Positions 52,086 to 62,422 of a stretch of 64,000 bases of DNA are shown piece by piece. This DNA is from Hamiltosporidium tvaerminnensis FI-OER-3-3 (lineage: Eukaryota > Fungi > Microsporidia). The notes beneath the pieces are model-generated. The model ran no database searches. It was not told the DNA's origin and saw only the letters and a program-made list of their open reading frames with translations. Each line of letters begins with the position of its first letter. The first letter of the stretch is position 1. The stretch is from positions 1,488,001 to 1,552,000 of the forward strand of contig JAKIMF020000001.1 in NCBI GenBank assembly GCA_022605425.2, read 5' to 3'. The position numbers were made by a program, and so were the translations under genes.

Positions 52086-55000
52086 ATGGTGGTAGAAGGG
52101 AACATTGAAAGAAAATCTCAAATATTAAATATGAAATCAAGTGTAGAAATTGGATTATACAACAGACATTATTATAATACTGAACATAAGAATTATATTT
52201 CACATCTTGAAATTCTAGGTCCTTTGGTTATATGCATTCGTGTGGAAAAATATTTTGTTCGTGGACTTATTAAAAGTGTTTTTGGTATAAATGAATTCAA
52301 ATTCCTAAAAAGTCAGAATTTGTATAAATTGGATGAATATATTTTTGGACTAAAGTGTTGTACGACAGCTTTCTTCTATGAAATAATAGAGTCGAGTAAT
52401 ATTAAGTATGAAGAAAAAAAAGAGGTGGCAAAATCAAGTATTTTTGGTTTTTTTAATGTCAAGAAAATATTTGGAACAAATAAATCTCTTGAATTTACGA
52501 ATGACACTTCAAAGGGAAATACTTATTCAGATATAATGTCTGTTTCTTCAAAATTTACTTGTGAAATATCAAATAATGATATTGAAAAAATACGAGACAA
52601 AATATCTTTGAACAGAACAAGTTTTACGTTTGATAAAATTGCAAACAAATTTATTGAGCTTGACGAGGATAAAAAAGATTATCTTAAAATTTTAGATGAA
52701 AATATAGAGGAAGAATTGATTTTTGATATTATTTTAAATGAATCTCAAAACAAAGAATTTATAATTTCGTTACTTGGTCAAAAGATTGACAAAAAAGATT
52801 TTGTCTTATTGAAAGGCACCAAAAGAATCGATTCACTCATTTTTGAGACGAGTTTAATAAATATTAAAGCAAATAAAAACGAAATGAAACTAAAAATGGC
52901 AGTAAAAGAATTTTTAGAAATTCACAAAAATTATTATACATTGCTTCTATCGTCCTACACTGATGTTGTTTTGGGATTTTATATAAAAAATTGGAAACTG
53001 GATTATCAAGAAAAGAATGCAATCTTCAATAATTGTTTTGCTGACTTCCTAAAACTCATTCTTCACGAATCATCTTTCTTGGAAAAAATTTTAGAAAAAA
53101 TTATGGAAATTCTTAATTTAGATATGGAAAATACAGAGAAGCTGTCGTTAAATGTTGATAAAAATTATGATTTTTTAATCTTGCGCGAGGAAAAAAAATT
53201 GTTTGAAATCGATAAAAATATAAAAGAAATACAAAGTAAAATTGAAAATATGTACTTTCTAATCTTACAAAGTTTCGATAAAAAAAATATTTTTTTATTG
53301 GTCGATTGTTTTTATGACGTTTTAGATACCGAATTGAGGAATGTTGAATCTGTATATGTGAACTTTTCTAAAGAGTATGATATTTTTATGAATAATATAA
53401 CAACTAATCTTAAGTTTTATAATTTCGAAAATATTGGAAATATTAAATTTACCTTTTATGAAATAATTAAACGAATGACTGTTATAAACAGTTTTCTTTG
53501 TAAAATTAGCGAATATTATGGAGATTCGTTAGAAGAAAATTTTAGAAGAATGAAAATAATTAATACAAAATATAAAATAATAACTCAACGTATTAACGAT
53601 GAACGGGATATAATATGTATGCACAAAAGGATATTCGAAATTCAACATAAAATTATTAATACACCAGGATCGTTGATAAATAATGAAAGAAGATTTATCA
53701 AAGTTATAAATTGTAAAGTGTATAATAATATTATTGATTATACGTTGTTTTTGTTTAATGATGTGATTGTATTTACGAAACGAATCGGAGATGAAATTTC
53801 AAATTTAGATTTAGATTTAAAAAATAGTAATTTATTTTTTATAAAAATGGTGAATCTTAAAGATATAAGAATCAAAAATTACAGAAAAGGATTCTTTAAA
53901 ATAATTGTAAGCGAATTAGTTACAGATGAAAAACATAAGTCAATGCCCGGCTTTGTGCACACAAAAGATTTGCATTATAATATAGAATCATGTATTTTTG
54001 TGTGTAATGATCAAGATATTAAGAAACAGTTTGTTCAAAAGGTTTATATTTGTCAAAATGATTTAAGAGTTATGACATCATCGGCAGATTTATATCTTAG
54101 TTATTCTGATCCGCCTATTTTCTATTTTGTTTATGATTTTGAAAAAAATCCTAAAAATTTAGAATGTGGAAAATATTTAATGATTTTTTCTGATAAAAGT
54201 ACGGAAGATTCGGTTAAAAATCATCGATGGATGGATTATTTATTAGATTCGGACAGAAGTAAGAAAATAGAAATTAAATTTACGATTTTTTTAGGCAAAA
54301 AAGTCAAAATAAAAATAGATAATTTTATAAATAATGAATTTAAAGAAATTATAATGAAGAAAGAAAACTTTGAACAAAATTTTAGTGTATATTTTAAAGA
54401 TTTTTTATCCACCGTCAATCCCTCATCACAAAATAAGAATGAGACTTCTTTCTCTCTTATAAACGATTTAAAAGTTCTTTATGATTTATCTTTAAAAGAT
54501 AAAAAAAATAAAATATCTCTGAAAAAAAATGTTGGGAAGGATTTTTTTGTTACAGAAAAAGTCGAACTTTTTAAATTATTATTTGAAAATATAGAAATCA
54601 GATTGAAACTTCTCAATTCAAAGAATTTAATATCAAATGTGAAAAAATCACAAATCAAAAAGTCAAATAACAATTCCGACGAATATACCGATACAGATAG
54701 TTTTAGAAAAACCACAATCATCCAAGTTTTAAAAGAACCAAATTCTGAAGCAACAGTAAATACGAATGATCTTTATAATATTAATAGCATATATATTTTA
54801 GAAAAAATTCAAGAAATGATTTCCACAAAAGTAAATTTTGATACTCTAAATTCGATAGATATCATTGTACTTACAAGTATCGTTTCTACATTTTTTAAAT
54901 ATTCTATTACTCAGATATTTTCGTACAATGATATTTTAGAATTACATAAAATTTGTAAAAATAGAGACACAAAAACTTCTGAAATATTTTTAAATTCTCT

Positions 55001-55172
55001 AAAAGGCAATAGAAAAGATATTTTTCTGATGTTCATTCATCATTTTAGAGACGTTAGCAAAATTATTTCGACATCATTTTTTAAAGATTTAATATTTTTT
55101 TTATTTGGAAATTTTATTGAAAAAGAAGAATTTGAAGATAATTATGTCGAAATACTTTTAAATATTAAATGA
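52086..55172 (+). CDS. Multidomain small-GTPase regulator: RhoGEF DH-PH with RapGAP-N-like N-terminus and RhoGAP-like C-terminus
   Basis: DH CR1-like AVKEFLEIHKNYYTLL; PH-like ERRFIK..LFLFNDVIVFTK; N-terminal RHYYNTEHKNY..LGPLVICIR; C-terminal DIIVLTSIVSTFFK..LNSLKGNRKDIFLMFIHHFRDV. Confidence 0.7.
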   Translation: MVVEGNIERKSQILNMKSSVEIGLYNRHYYNTEHKNYISHLEILGPLVICIRVEKYFVRGLIKSVFGINEFKFLKSQNLYKLDEYIFGLKCCTTAFFYEIIESSNIKYEEKKEVAKSSIFGFFNVKKIFGTNKSLEFTNDTSKGNTYSDIMSVSSKFTCEISNNDIEKIRDKISLNRTSFTFDKIANKFIELDEDKKDYLKILDENIEEELIFDIILNESQNKEFIISLLGQKIDKKDFVLLKGTKRIDSLIFETSLINIKANKNEMKLKMAVKEFLEIHKNYYTLLLSSYTDVVLGFYIKNWKLDYQEKNAIFNNCFADFLKLILHESSFLEKILEKIMEILNLDMENTEKLSLNVDKNYDFLILREEKKLFEIDKNIKEIQSKIENMYFLILQSFDKKNIFLLVDCFYDVLDTELRNVESVYVNFSKEYDIFMNNITTNLKFYNFENIGNIKFTFYEIIKRMTVINSFLCKISEYYGDSLEENFRRMKIINTKYKIITQRINDERDIICMHKRIFEIQHKIINTPGSLINNERRFIKVINCKVYNNIIDYTLFLFNDVIVFTKRIGDEISNLDLDLKNSNLFFIKMVNLKDIRIKNYRKGFFKIIVSELVTDEKHKSMPGFVHTKDLHYNIESCIFVCNDQDIKKQFVQKVYICQNDLRVMTSSADLYLSYSDPPIFYFVYDFEKNPKNLECGKYLMIFSDKSTEDSVKNHRWMDYLLDSDRSKKIEIKFTIFLGKKVKIKIDNFINNEFKEIIMKKENFEQNFSVYFKDFLSTVNPSSQNKNETSFSLINDLKVLYDLSLKDKKNKISLKKNVGKDFFVTEKVELFKLLFENIEIRLKLLNSKNLISNVKKSQIKKSNNNSDEYTDTDSFRKTTIIQVLKEPNSEATVNTNDLYNINSIYILEKIQEMISTKVNFDTLNSIDIIVLTSIVSTFFKYSITQIFSYNDILELHKICKNRDTKTSEIFLNSLKGNRKDIFLMFIHHFRDVSKIISTSFFKDLIFFLFGNFIEKEEFEDNYVEILLNIK

Positions 55173-55429
55173 AATTGTATTATTTTAAAATTAAACCATT
55201 TAATCTTTTTAGTTGATTTATATTTTACATGTAAATTTTTTATAATAAACTTTTCTTACAAATTGGGGTATTGAATATATACAACAGAAACCAAATACAC
55301 AGATTCAGAAGTTAATATTTTTTGTATATTTTTTACTTATTTTCTTAAAATTATAAAAAATATTACAAGTATGAATAATTAAATCAGGCAAAATATTTTT
55401 AGAAGTTTAAATGTATTTTTCTGAGAAAT

Positions 55430-55637
55430 TGTGTGTTTAGATTTCCATACTTATTTCAAGCGTAATTGAATTTAAAATATCTTGATTTAAGAATTTTTGT
55501 GTATTTAGCATTTCTATAATTATTTCAAGCTTAATTAATATTTTAAAATATCCTGATCTAAGAATTTTTGTGTATTTAGATTTCTATAATTATTTCAAGC
55601 TTAATTGATATTTAAAATATCTTGATTTAAGAATTTA
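55430..55637. repeat. Tandem minisatellite, ~70 bp x 3
   Basis: Unit TGTGTATTTAGATTTCTATAATTATTTCAAGCTTAATTGATATTTAAAATATCTTGATTTAAGAATTT repeated three times with small variation. Confidence 0.9.
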
Positions 55638-56189
55638 TAAAATATGTGTTTCTTTGATAAATACAAACACAATCAATGTATTCTAATATGTTTCTTTTTC
55701 TATAAATTCGATGTATAATATAGATCTTTTGGCTACAATATTTCATGTATTTTAATTTTTGTAAAAAGAATTTTAAATTAAAGTTGTTTAGATTAACAAT
55801 AGAATTCTTTAGTTTAAAATAACTAAAATGGCTTCCGTATTAACTTTATTTTATTACTTATATTTTCTCCAAGATGTGTTTGATTTTATAAAAATATTTG
55901 ATTAGAGAAAGAAATATAATTAAGCAGATGCACAATTAAAAGTTAATATGAGATTTCATACGGGTATACCGACAATAAAATTGAAACTATCTATTATTTC
56001 TGTGAAATTAAAATATTTTTAATTTTACTAGAATTGATTCGAAGCTATATACTCTTTTTCTATTCCAAGCTTGCTTCTAATTATGGCTATAATTAACTCA
56101 AATGGTTTCTCTTTAAAAATATACATGATATTTGCAAAAAGTAAACCCCATTTTATATTTGACTTAGACTTGATTAATTATAAAATCTT

Positions 56190-56345
56190 AATTACTCAAT
56201 GGTATTAGATCTGTTAAAAGCCATATCCATATTTAGTATTAACTTCCACCTTTCACGATTAAGCGCAAATCTGTTCCATTTGCTATACCAAGGTTACTGA
56301 GATCTTTTTTAACTCCATCTAGCTATCTAGTTTGGGGGAACCAGG
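56190..56345 (-). mobile_element. 3' end of the same RTE family as 42430-43320
   Basis: Reverse complement matches 43160-43312 (TAATACCATTGAGTAA, CTTAATCGTGA, CTAGATGG). Confidence 0.75.
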
Positions 56346-56889
56346 GATTATTATATCTGTATATAAAAAATTCAAAAAATTTTGTATCCTATTTTAGGTT
56401 GGTAGTATACTGTTTTCTCTTTTTACCAAAATTTTTAATATTATTCGAAGTAAGAATCTATTCTACTTCATATATTTCCTTTTTTTGTAGAAGTTGTGTA
56501 AATTTTAGTATTTATATTTTTCTAAAATGGCTTTAAAATAATTGCGATACATTTTTTTTCTTGTCACATCTAATTGTGCCAATGAATATGGATGAACCAT
56601 GATTTTCTTCATCTATTAAAAAAACCAAAGTTAGTTCTTTTTTGATAGTATATATAATATAATATTTTTGCAGATTCATAATTGAGATATTATAAGATAA
56701 ATTTTTACCTTTAACAATGCTAATTGCGATCATATACCGAATCATAATATGAAAACATCTTTAAATATAATTAAGTTCATTTAAAAGAAAATATTTCTTT
56801 TTACGTTTTTCAGTTTCTTTAAATAATCATAAATCTTATGAAATATTTAATTATCAAGAATCTTTTTCATAGTTAACTTCTAATCTAAT

Positions 56890-57252
56890 TTTTTTAATAA
56901 AATTCTGGGTTAAAATATTTTTACCATTTTTATATATTTTCTTCTACCTCTTTTACCACCACTGTCTCATCTTACAAATCCGACTATTGATTTATATTAT
57001 CGTCGGCTCCTCTAAAGTGGTTCATCCTTGTGAAATATGGGTGTATTATTCTTTGTTTTTAAAATTTTAACACCATCTTCATCTCTCTTCGGTTCTTTTA
57101 AAGGAGAAGTTGGTTCCTCATGCATCCCTACTCTCATAATAACACCCATTGACGCTCTCTCTCAGCTCTCTTCAGCATTTAGTCCTGACTCAAGTCCTCT
57201 TCGTCGATCAAAGGAAAATGTTTCGACCGTCTTCTTAAATATTATAGACCGA
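56890..57252 (-). mobile_element. 5'-truncated 3' fragment of the RLE non-LTR family
   Basis: High-identity reverse complement of ~10960-11320, including TTTTAACCCAGAATTTTATTAAA. Confidence 0.92.
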
Positions 57253-57888
57253 ATCATGCCTCTACATTCAATTTCCAATCCAGAACATATTAATTACAAA
57301 GAAAATTACGATTCAGGGGTATTTTAACATAAAATCATATATCTTTATAATCATCTTATATAAATTGTCATTAAGAGTACTTATTATATATTATAAATGT
57401 AGATGTAAACCATTAATTTCTTTATCGTGACATATACTAAAGCGGTTGTAAATTAGTAAGGATAAGATATTAATTACTTTAATTATTTTTGAATTTGCCA
57501 GTCCAAATCATACTATGTCCTTTTTTTGTTGTGTAAAATATTCTTTTAAGGTTACACTGACAAATACACAAAAAAAGGTACAATGTTTAGAATATAATTA
57601 TTATTTTTTTAACTTAAAAATACAAAAACCTAAAAAGGTATATTTACTTACTCGACGGCAAAAAAACTAATTAATAAACCTAGCTTTAAAAAAATTTACA
57701 GAAATTTAATTTAGATTGAAAAGTGATGAAACAGTTTTCTAAATATTTTTTATTTAGAAAAAATATGTTAATTATTTCGTTATAATCCAAAAATATACTT
57801 CAAAATAACAATATTAATCTAAAGTTCCCTCTTTATTTATTTGAATTTTATACTCAAATAAACTCTAAAAATCAAAGATAATTCGAAT

Positions 57889-58150
57889 AAAATTAAAATT
57901 AGAATATAAAATATGAATAAAGAAAGTGTGAAGTTTAATAGAAATGAATTATTGACTAAAATTTGATTGCTTAAAGAATATAAAATATGAATAAAGAAAG
58001 GGTGAAGTTTAAAAGAATTGAATTATTGACTAAAAATTAAAATTAGAATATAAAATATAAATAAAGAAAGTGTGAAGTTTAATAGAAATGAATTATTGAC
58101 TAAAAATTAATTGCTTTAAGAATATAAAATATAAATAAAGAAAATGAAAA
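57889..58150. repeat. Tandem minisatellite, ~70-74 bp x 3.5 with alternating A/B variants
   Basis: AGAATATAAAATATGAATAAAGAAAGTGTGAAGTTTAATAGAAATGAATTATTGACTAAA with linkers alternating AATTAAAATT / ATTTGATTGCTTAA. Confidence 0.9.
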
Positions 58151-58310
58151 GCTCAAACTAAATACTTTGAATAGCAGAAAATACAAATATCAGCGAGCAT
58201 TTTCTAATTTAATCAAAATAAGATTGTATAAATAAATATATTTAATAACTGATCATCTAATTATTTTGTGAATATTACCTTTATGAAATGGAATTCTTTA
58301 AAATATTATT

Positions 58311-60029
58311 CTATAAATCATAGACATTTGAATTAGAATTTTCATCATTATTTTTTGGTGCGTTTCGTACGAATGCTGAAGAGACATTAGAGAAAAATGT
58401 ATAAAAACGATTGGTCTCTTTTGGAGAAGATACATCAGGGGATGTTGGATTTGTTTGTTCTTTTTTAATCGGATCTTCTTGTTTGATTTGTGAAACTCCT
58501 GTATTAATAAAATCAGTTCTTAAGGAGTTACAATCTTTATATTGAAAAATATTTTTAAGCTGATAATTAATTCGAGAAATTATAAAATTTATGATTTCTT
58601 CTCTAAAATAAATACAACTATCTCTTTCTATGTTACAGAATAGCTTACGGGCGGTTAAAAGGCAAGAAATCAAATATTCTTCGTTTTTTCTAATTTCTGA
58701 AATATTGATTTTTATTTCTAATAAAAATAATACACAGATGCCTTTTTCATCAAGTGATTTGTCACAATCATGTAAAAATTCTATAAAAAAAGCCAATAAT
58801 GGTTTTTCTGTGGTAATAAATTCTCTGATTAAATTAATAAATACAAAATAACTTAAATTAAATAATTTGCTAGACTCCTTGACCTTATAAATATCAAAAA
58901 GAAATTCACTAAGTTTTTCTTCACTAATTAGTTCTAAAATCAAACTATCCACTGAATCTTTATCGATCGCATTTTCAGTCGTTTCAATTTCTTTTAAATT
59001 TTGAAAAACATGGCAATAAAAATTATATTTACAATCATTTTCTATTATTTTTATTTTAATATTTTTATATGTAAAAAATGTTACAAGTAAATCAAATAAA
59101 TAATTCTTTTGATATTTATTTTCTAATTCATAATACACATCAAAAAGTTTTAGAGTTTCTATTTTTTCTTCCAAATAATATTTAATGATTGAAATATTTT
59201 TATAAAAAATGCGATAAATAAAATCGTATCTGTGTTTTATAAAAGCCAAATTTATAAAATAATCATTTTCAAAATTACTTTGTATTTTTTTAAAATTGGA
59301 ATTTGAAATGTCTAGAAGAGCCATATATACATCAAATGCCATTGCATTTCTTTTCATCCAAATTTCTAAAATACGATTTATTTTTAATTCAATAAAATAA
59401 TTTTGATTAGAATGGCATTCTGTAAGCAAACAAATTAACGAATTAAAAATATTTATAAGTAAATAATCATCAGAGGTTTCAGAAATTTCAATAAGTTCTT
59501 CAAAAATACCTTCAAAAACTATTGATCTTCTTAAATGTTCATTTCCTTTTAATAAAGGAACTAAAAATGAAATATTTGAATGTTTTAAACTTTTTACAAT
59601 ACTAAATACCAAATCAGGCATTTTGTATATAATACTTGCCACTTTTATGTTATCAGAATGTATTAAAATTTCTAATATCTCTAAAAATATCCCTTTACGT
59701 TCTGTAAATGCATTTCCTATTATTTTTATATTTTCTTCTTTATGCATAAACATATCTAAAAATTCTTTTCCGTTGGAAGATTTAAAAATTTTTAGAAGAA
59801 TATCACCTTGAAGATTTGTTGATGTCAAAATAGGAATAGAACTTACAAGTTTTTGCATACAAGTAATACCAACTTTAAAAGGATCTACTAAAGATATTTC
59901 ATAAATCTGTTTTAATGCATCTAATTTGTCTTCAATATACTGTGATGTCTCCAGTCTATTAGAAATAATTTCCAGTTGTAATTCTAAATCAAATGTTTCC
60001 TTTTTAATTTGCTTACGAAAAAAATTCAT
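58311..60029 (-). CDS. USO1: Uso1/p115-like vesicle tethering factor, armadillo head only
   Basis: IISNRLETSQYIEDKLDALKQI (cf. p115 HR1), LRRSIVFEGIFEELIEI (cf. IQKIVAFENAFERL) and LLTECHSNQNYFIE (cf. LLKNNNSNQNFFKE); CCC upstream. Confidence 0.75.
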   Translation of the reverse strand: MNFFRKQIKKETFDLELQLEIISNRLETSQYIEDKLDALKQIYEISLVDPFKVGITCMQKLVSSIPILTSTNLQGDILLKIFKSSNGKEFLDMFMHKEENIKIIGNAFTERKGIFLEILEILIHSDNIKVASIIYKMPDLVFSIVKSLKHSNISFLVPLLKGNEHLRRSIVFEGIFEELIEISETSDDYLLINIFNSLICLLTECHSNQNYFIELKINRILEIWMKRNAMAFDVYMALLDISNSNFKKIQSNFENDYFINLAFIKHRYDFIYRIFYKNISIIKYYLEEKIETLKLFDVYYELENKYQKNYLFDLLVTFFTYKNIKIKIIENDCKYNFYCHVFQNLKEIETTENAIDKDSVDSLILELISEEKLSEFLFDIYKVKESSKLFNLSYFVFINLIREFITTEKPLLAFFIEFLHDCDKSLDEKGICVLFLLEIKINISEIRKNEEYLISCLLTARKLFCNIERDSCIYFREEIINFIISRINYQLKNIFQYKDCNSLRTDFINTGVSQIKQEDPIKKEQTNPTSPDVSSPKETNRFYTFFSNVSSAFVRNAPKNNDENSNSNVYDL

Positions 60030-60214
60030 CCGACAGGGTGTTATTTGAATATTTAGTTATAAAAGAATTAATATAAAAATTAGAAAAAAAACCAATTCTA
60101 TTCCAAAATTTAAATATATTTGAACAGAATACGTAAATATTACAATTAAATACACTCTGAATTGTAATTTTTATAAATAGTTTTAGGTAATGAATGTTCT
60201 ATAAATTTTATAAA

Positions 60215-60278
60215 TTTTTGAATTTTGAATTTTTGAGTTTTAAATTTTGAATTTTGAATTTTGAATTTTTGAATTTTT
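60215..60278. repeat. (TTTTGAA)n microsatellite
   Basis: About eight imperfect 7-8 bp units. Confidence 0.85.
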
Positions 60279-60829
60279 AAATCATTAAATATAAAAGATT
60301 ATGTTTTGAAATGATTTCTTATTATAAAATATTAAAAATGTTTAAAGAAGTTTTCTTATTGTAAAAATGGAGATTAACTTTTAATATTTTTAATTTCAAA
60401 GTAGTAAAAATATTTTTTTATAGCGATACCTTAAGTAACATAAATTTTACTTTATTTTTAAACAAAATTTCTTTTTTTAAGGTTTGCGCTAAATTATTCT
60501 TTCTTTAAAACAAATTTTTAGATTCATCAACCAAATATTTTTAATATATTTATTACATATTTTTACTTTGATAAAGTCGAAGATGTGAAATAAAATGTTG
60601 AAAAGTGAAATAAAACTTCAAATATTTCTTTATTTAATTCATACTTTGCTTAAAAAATAAATGTTTTTTCATTTCATAAATATTTAAATCATTTATAATT
60701 TCAATATTTTAACAAACGGTTATTTTTGAGGCGAACGGTAATTTTATCGTTTAATAATTTCTTATTTTTTTTTTATAAATAAGTCGTAATTCTCTGATAA
60801 AATATATGTAATTGATTAAAAATTTACGA

Positions 60830-61016
60830 TGAAGAGAGAAAATAACCACATTAAAAACAAATGCTTGATAATGTAAAGTATATTTGGGTGAAAATCATTA
60901 TTTACATTTTTGTGAGGTATAAACCACACGGGAATAAAAGGCCAAACCCCTGTAATCCCGAGTTAAAACTGATTAAAAGAAACAAATGGTAAACTTTTAT
61001 TTGTTCATCCTCGACA
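60830..61016 (+). repeat. Short, diverged member of the structured element family (49497-50190)
   Basis: Shares ATAACCACAT-AAAA, TGCTTG-AATGT, ATCATT-TTT and TTTTT-GTG..TAAACCACAC with 49509-49599, and GAAACAAAT near the 3' end; own terminal helix and internal hairpin. Confidence 0.6.
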
Positions 61017-61246
61017 CTAAGAAGTAAAAGAGGAATAAAAGTAATGTTAAAAATTTAAATCTAACCTTGTTTTATAAATAAAGATTCCCTGATTTATCAA
61101 ATAATGTAATTGATTGGAAATTTAATACTTTTTTTGATTTATTTTACTCGATAATTCAGATTTAAAATATTTAAATAATTTTGAACCTTTTTTTGAAAAA
61201 TGTAATGGATATTTATTTCTGATGTTTAGTTTTTAGCCCACCTTTT

Positions 61247-62422
61247 ATGAACATGTGGTTCTCAGAAAATAGTATGAGTGTATCAACACCTTTTCTAGAA
61301 AGATCATTAAAAAAGATGGAAAATATTTGTACAGAAAAAAAACAAACAATTAAAGAAAGAGAATGTTGTGCAATATTTCTGATGTCGTTGATTCCACTAA
61401 AAGATTCTTTTAAAAAATATAAAAATATAAAATTATTTGTACGTGGATATCAAAAAAATGAAAATTATAGAATGAACAACATTGAATATGCGATAAGTGC
61501 AAAATTTAAAGGTAATGAATTTATAATAAATGAGGTTTCTAAGACTAAACAGGTAAGTTTTTCTTGTTATCATGAGACATGTATGACAATATTTATTATA
61601 TGTAATAAAATTGTAAAATGTTTCTATTGTAAGTATAATGGTTGTAAATTGGTACGGGGAGTACCATTATTTTTATATGAAGTTGATTTATTTGTAAAAA
61701 ATAAATTTTATCAAATTGCTTCTGAACCTTCTTTTGAAATCCGTGTAAAAACGATAAATTTGAAGGCAACAAATACGAATATGCCGTTGCATTATAATAT
61801 GAACAATGAAATTGTAGAATATGTAAAAAAACATAATTTTACATATAAAATTGATGAATTTGAATTTGATATGGATGAAATAAAATGTGTTTTTTGTTTT
61901 AGATCATATGAAACTCTGGAAAATTTAATTTTTCATATAAATCACTTCCATCTCAACTATTATGCTATTCAATCTCAGAATTGCATAATTGTAACTTTAT
62001 CTGTAGATAAGACAAAATATGATGTCGAATTTTGTTTTTTTAGTAAAAATTACAAGCGAAAACATACTACCCGGATTTTTAGCCGATATTGTTATGAATA
62101 TTTTGAATCTGAGACTATGGAAAAATTGGGTACCAAAAAAAATGCAATTAAGTGGTGGAATTATTTAAGTGATAAAAAAATTGCTGAATTGGTGGATATT
62201 AGTCCATCAAAAATACTTCTCATGCAAAATTGGAATAATTTTATTTCTGATAAACGAATTGAAGCAAAAGAAATTAACTATTTTACTTGTATTAAAGAAT
62301 TTGTTCTGAAAAATGAAGCTACAGAAGATATTTTAGATTTTCTTTATATTCTGGCTGGTAAATCTGTAATTTCATTGGAAGAACTCGTTTCTATTGTCAA
62401 TGAAAAAGTCAGTTTAATTTGA
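61247..62422 (+). CDS. SUZ12-like Polycomb (PRC2) subunit: C2H2 zinc finger + VEFS box
   Basis: CVFCFRSYETLENLIFHINHFH followed by a VEFS-like segment WWNYLSDKKIAELVDISPSKILLMQNWNNFI..CIKEFV..FLYIL; CCC upstream. Confidence 0.7.
   Translation: MNMWFSENSMSVSTPFLERSLKKMENICTEKKQTIKERECCAIFLMSLIPLKDSFKKYKNIKLFVRGYQKNENYRMNNIEYAISAKFKGNEFIINEVSKTKQVSFSCYHETCMTIFIICNKIVKCFYCKYNGCKLVRGVPLFLYEVDLFVKNKFYQIASEPSFEIRVKTINLKATNTNMPLHYNMNNEIVEYVKKHNFTYKIDEFEFDMDEIKCVFCFRSYETLENLIFHINHFHLNYYAIQSQNCIIVTLSVDKTKYDVEFCFFSKNYKRKHTTRIFSRYCYEYFESETMEKLGTKKNAIKWWNYLSDKKIAELVDISPSKILLMQNWNNFISDKRIEAKEINYFTCIKEFVLKNEATEDILDFLYILAGKSVISLEELVSIVNEKVSLI

Noticed and set aside
55430-58150. Two ~70-bp repeat arrays as CRISPR arrays
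   Set aside because: Units are contiguous with no unique spacers, there are no cas genes and the context is eukaryotic
60965-60995. CTGATTA...GAAAC...GTA as a hammerhead ribozyme core
   Set aside because: Core deviates from CUGANGA, there is no stem II, and stem I does not close at the cleavage site
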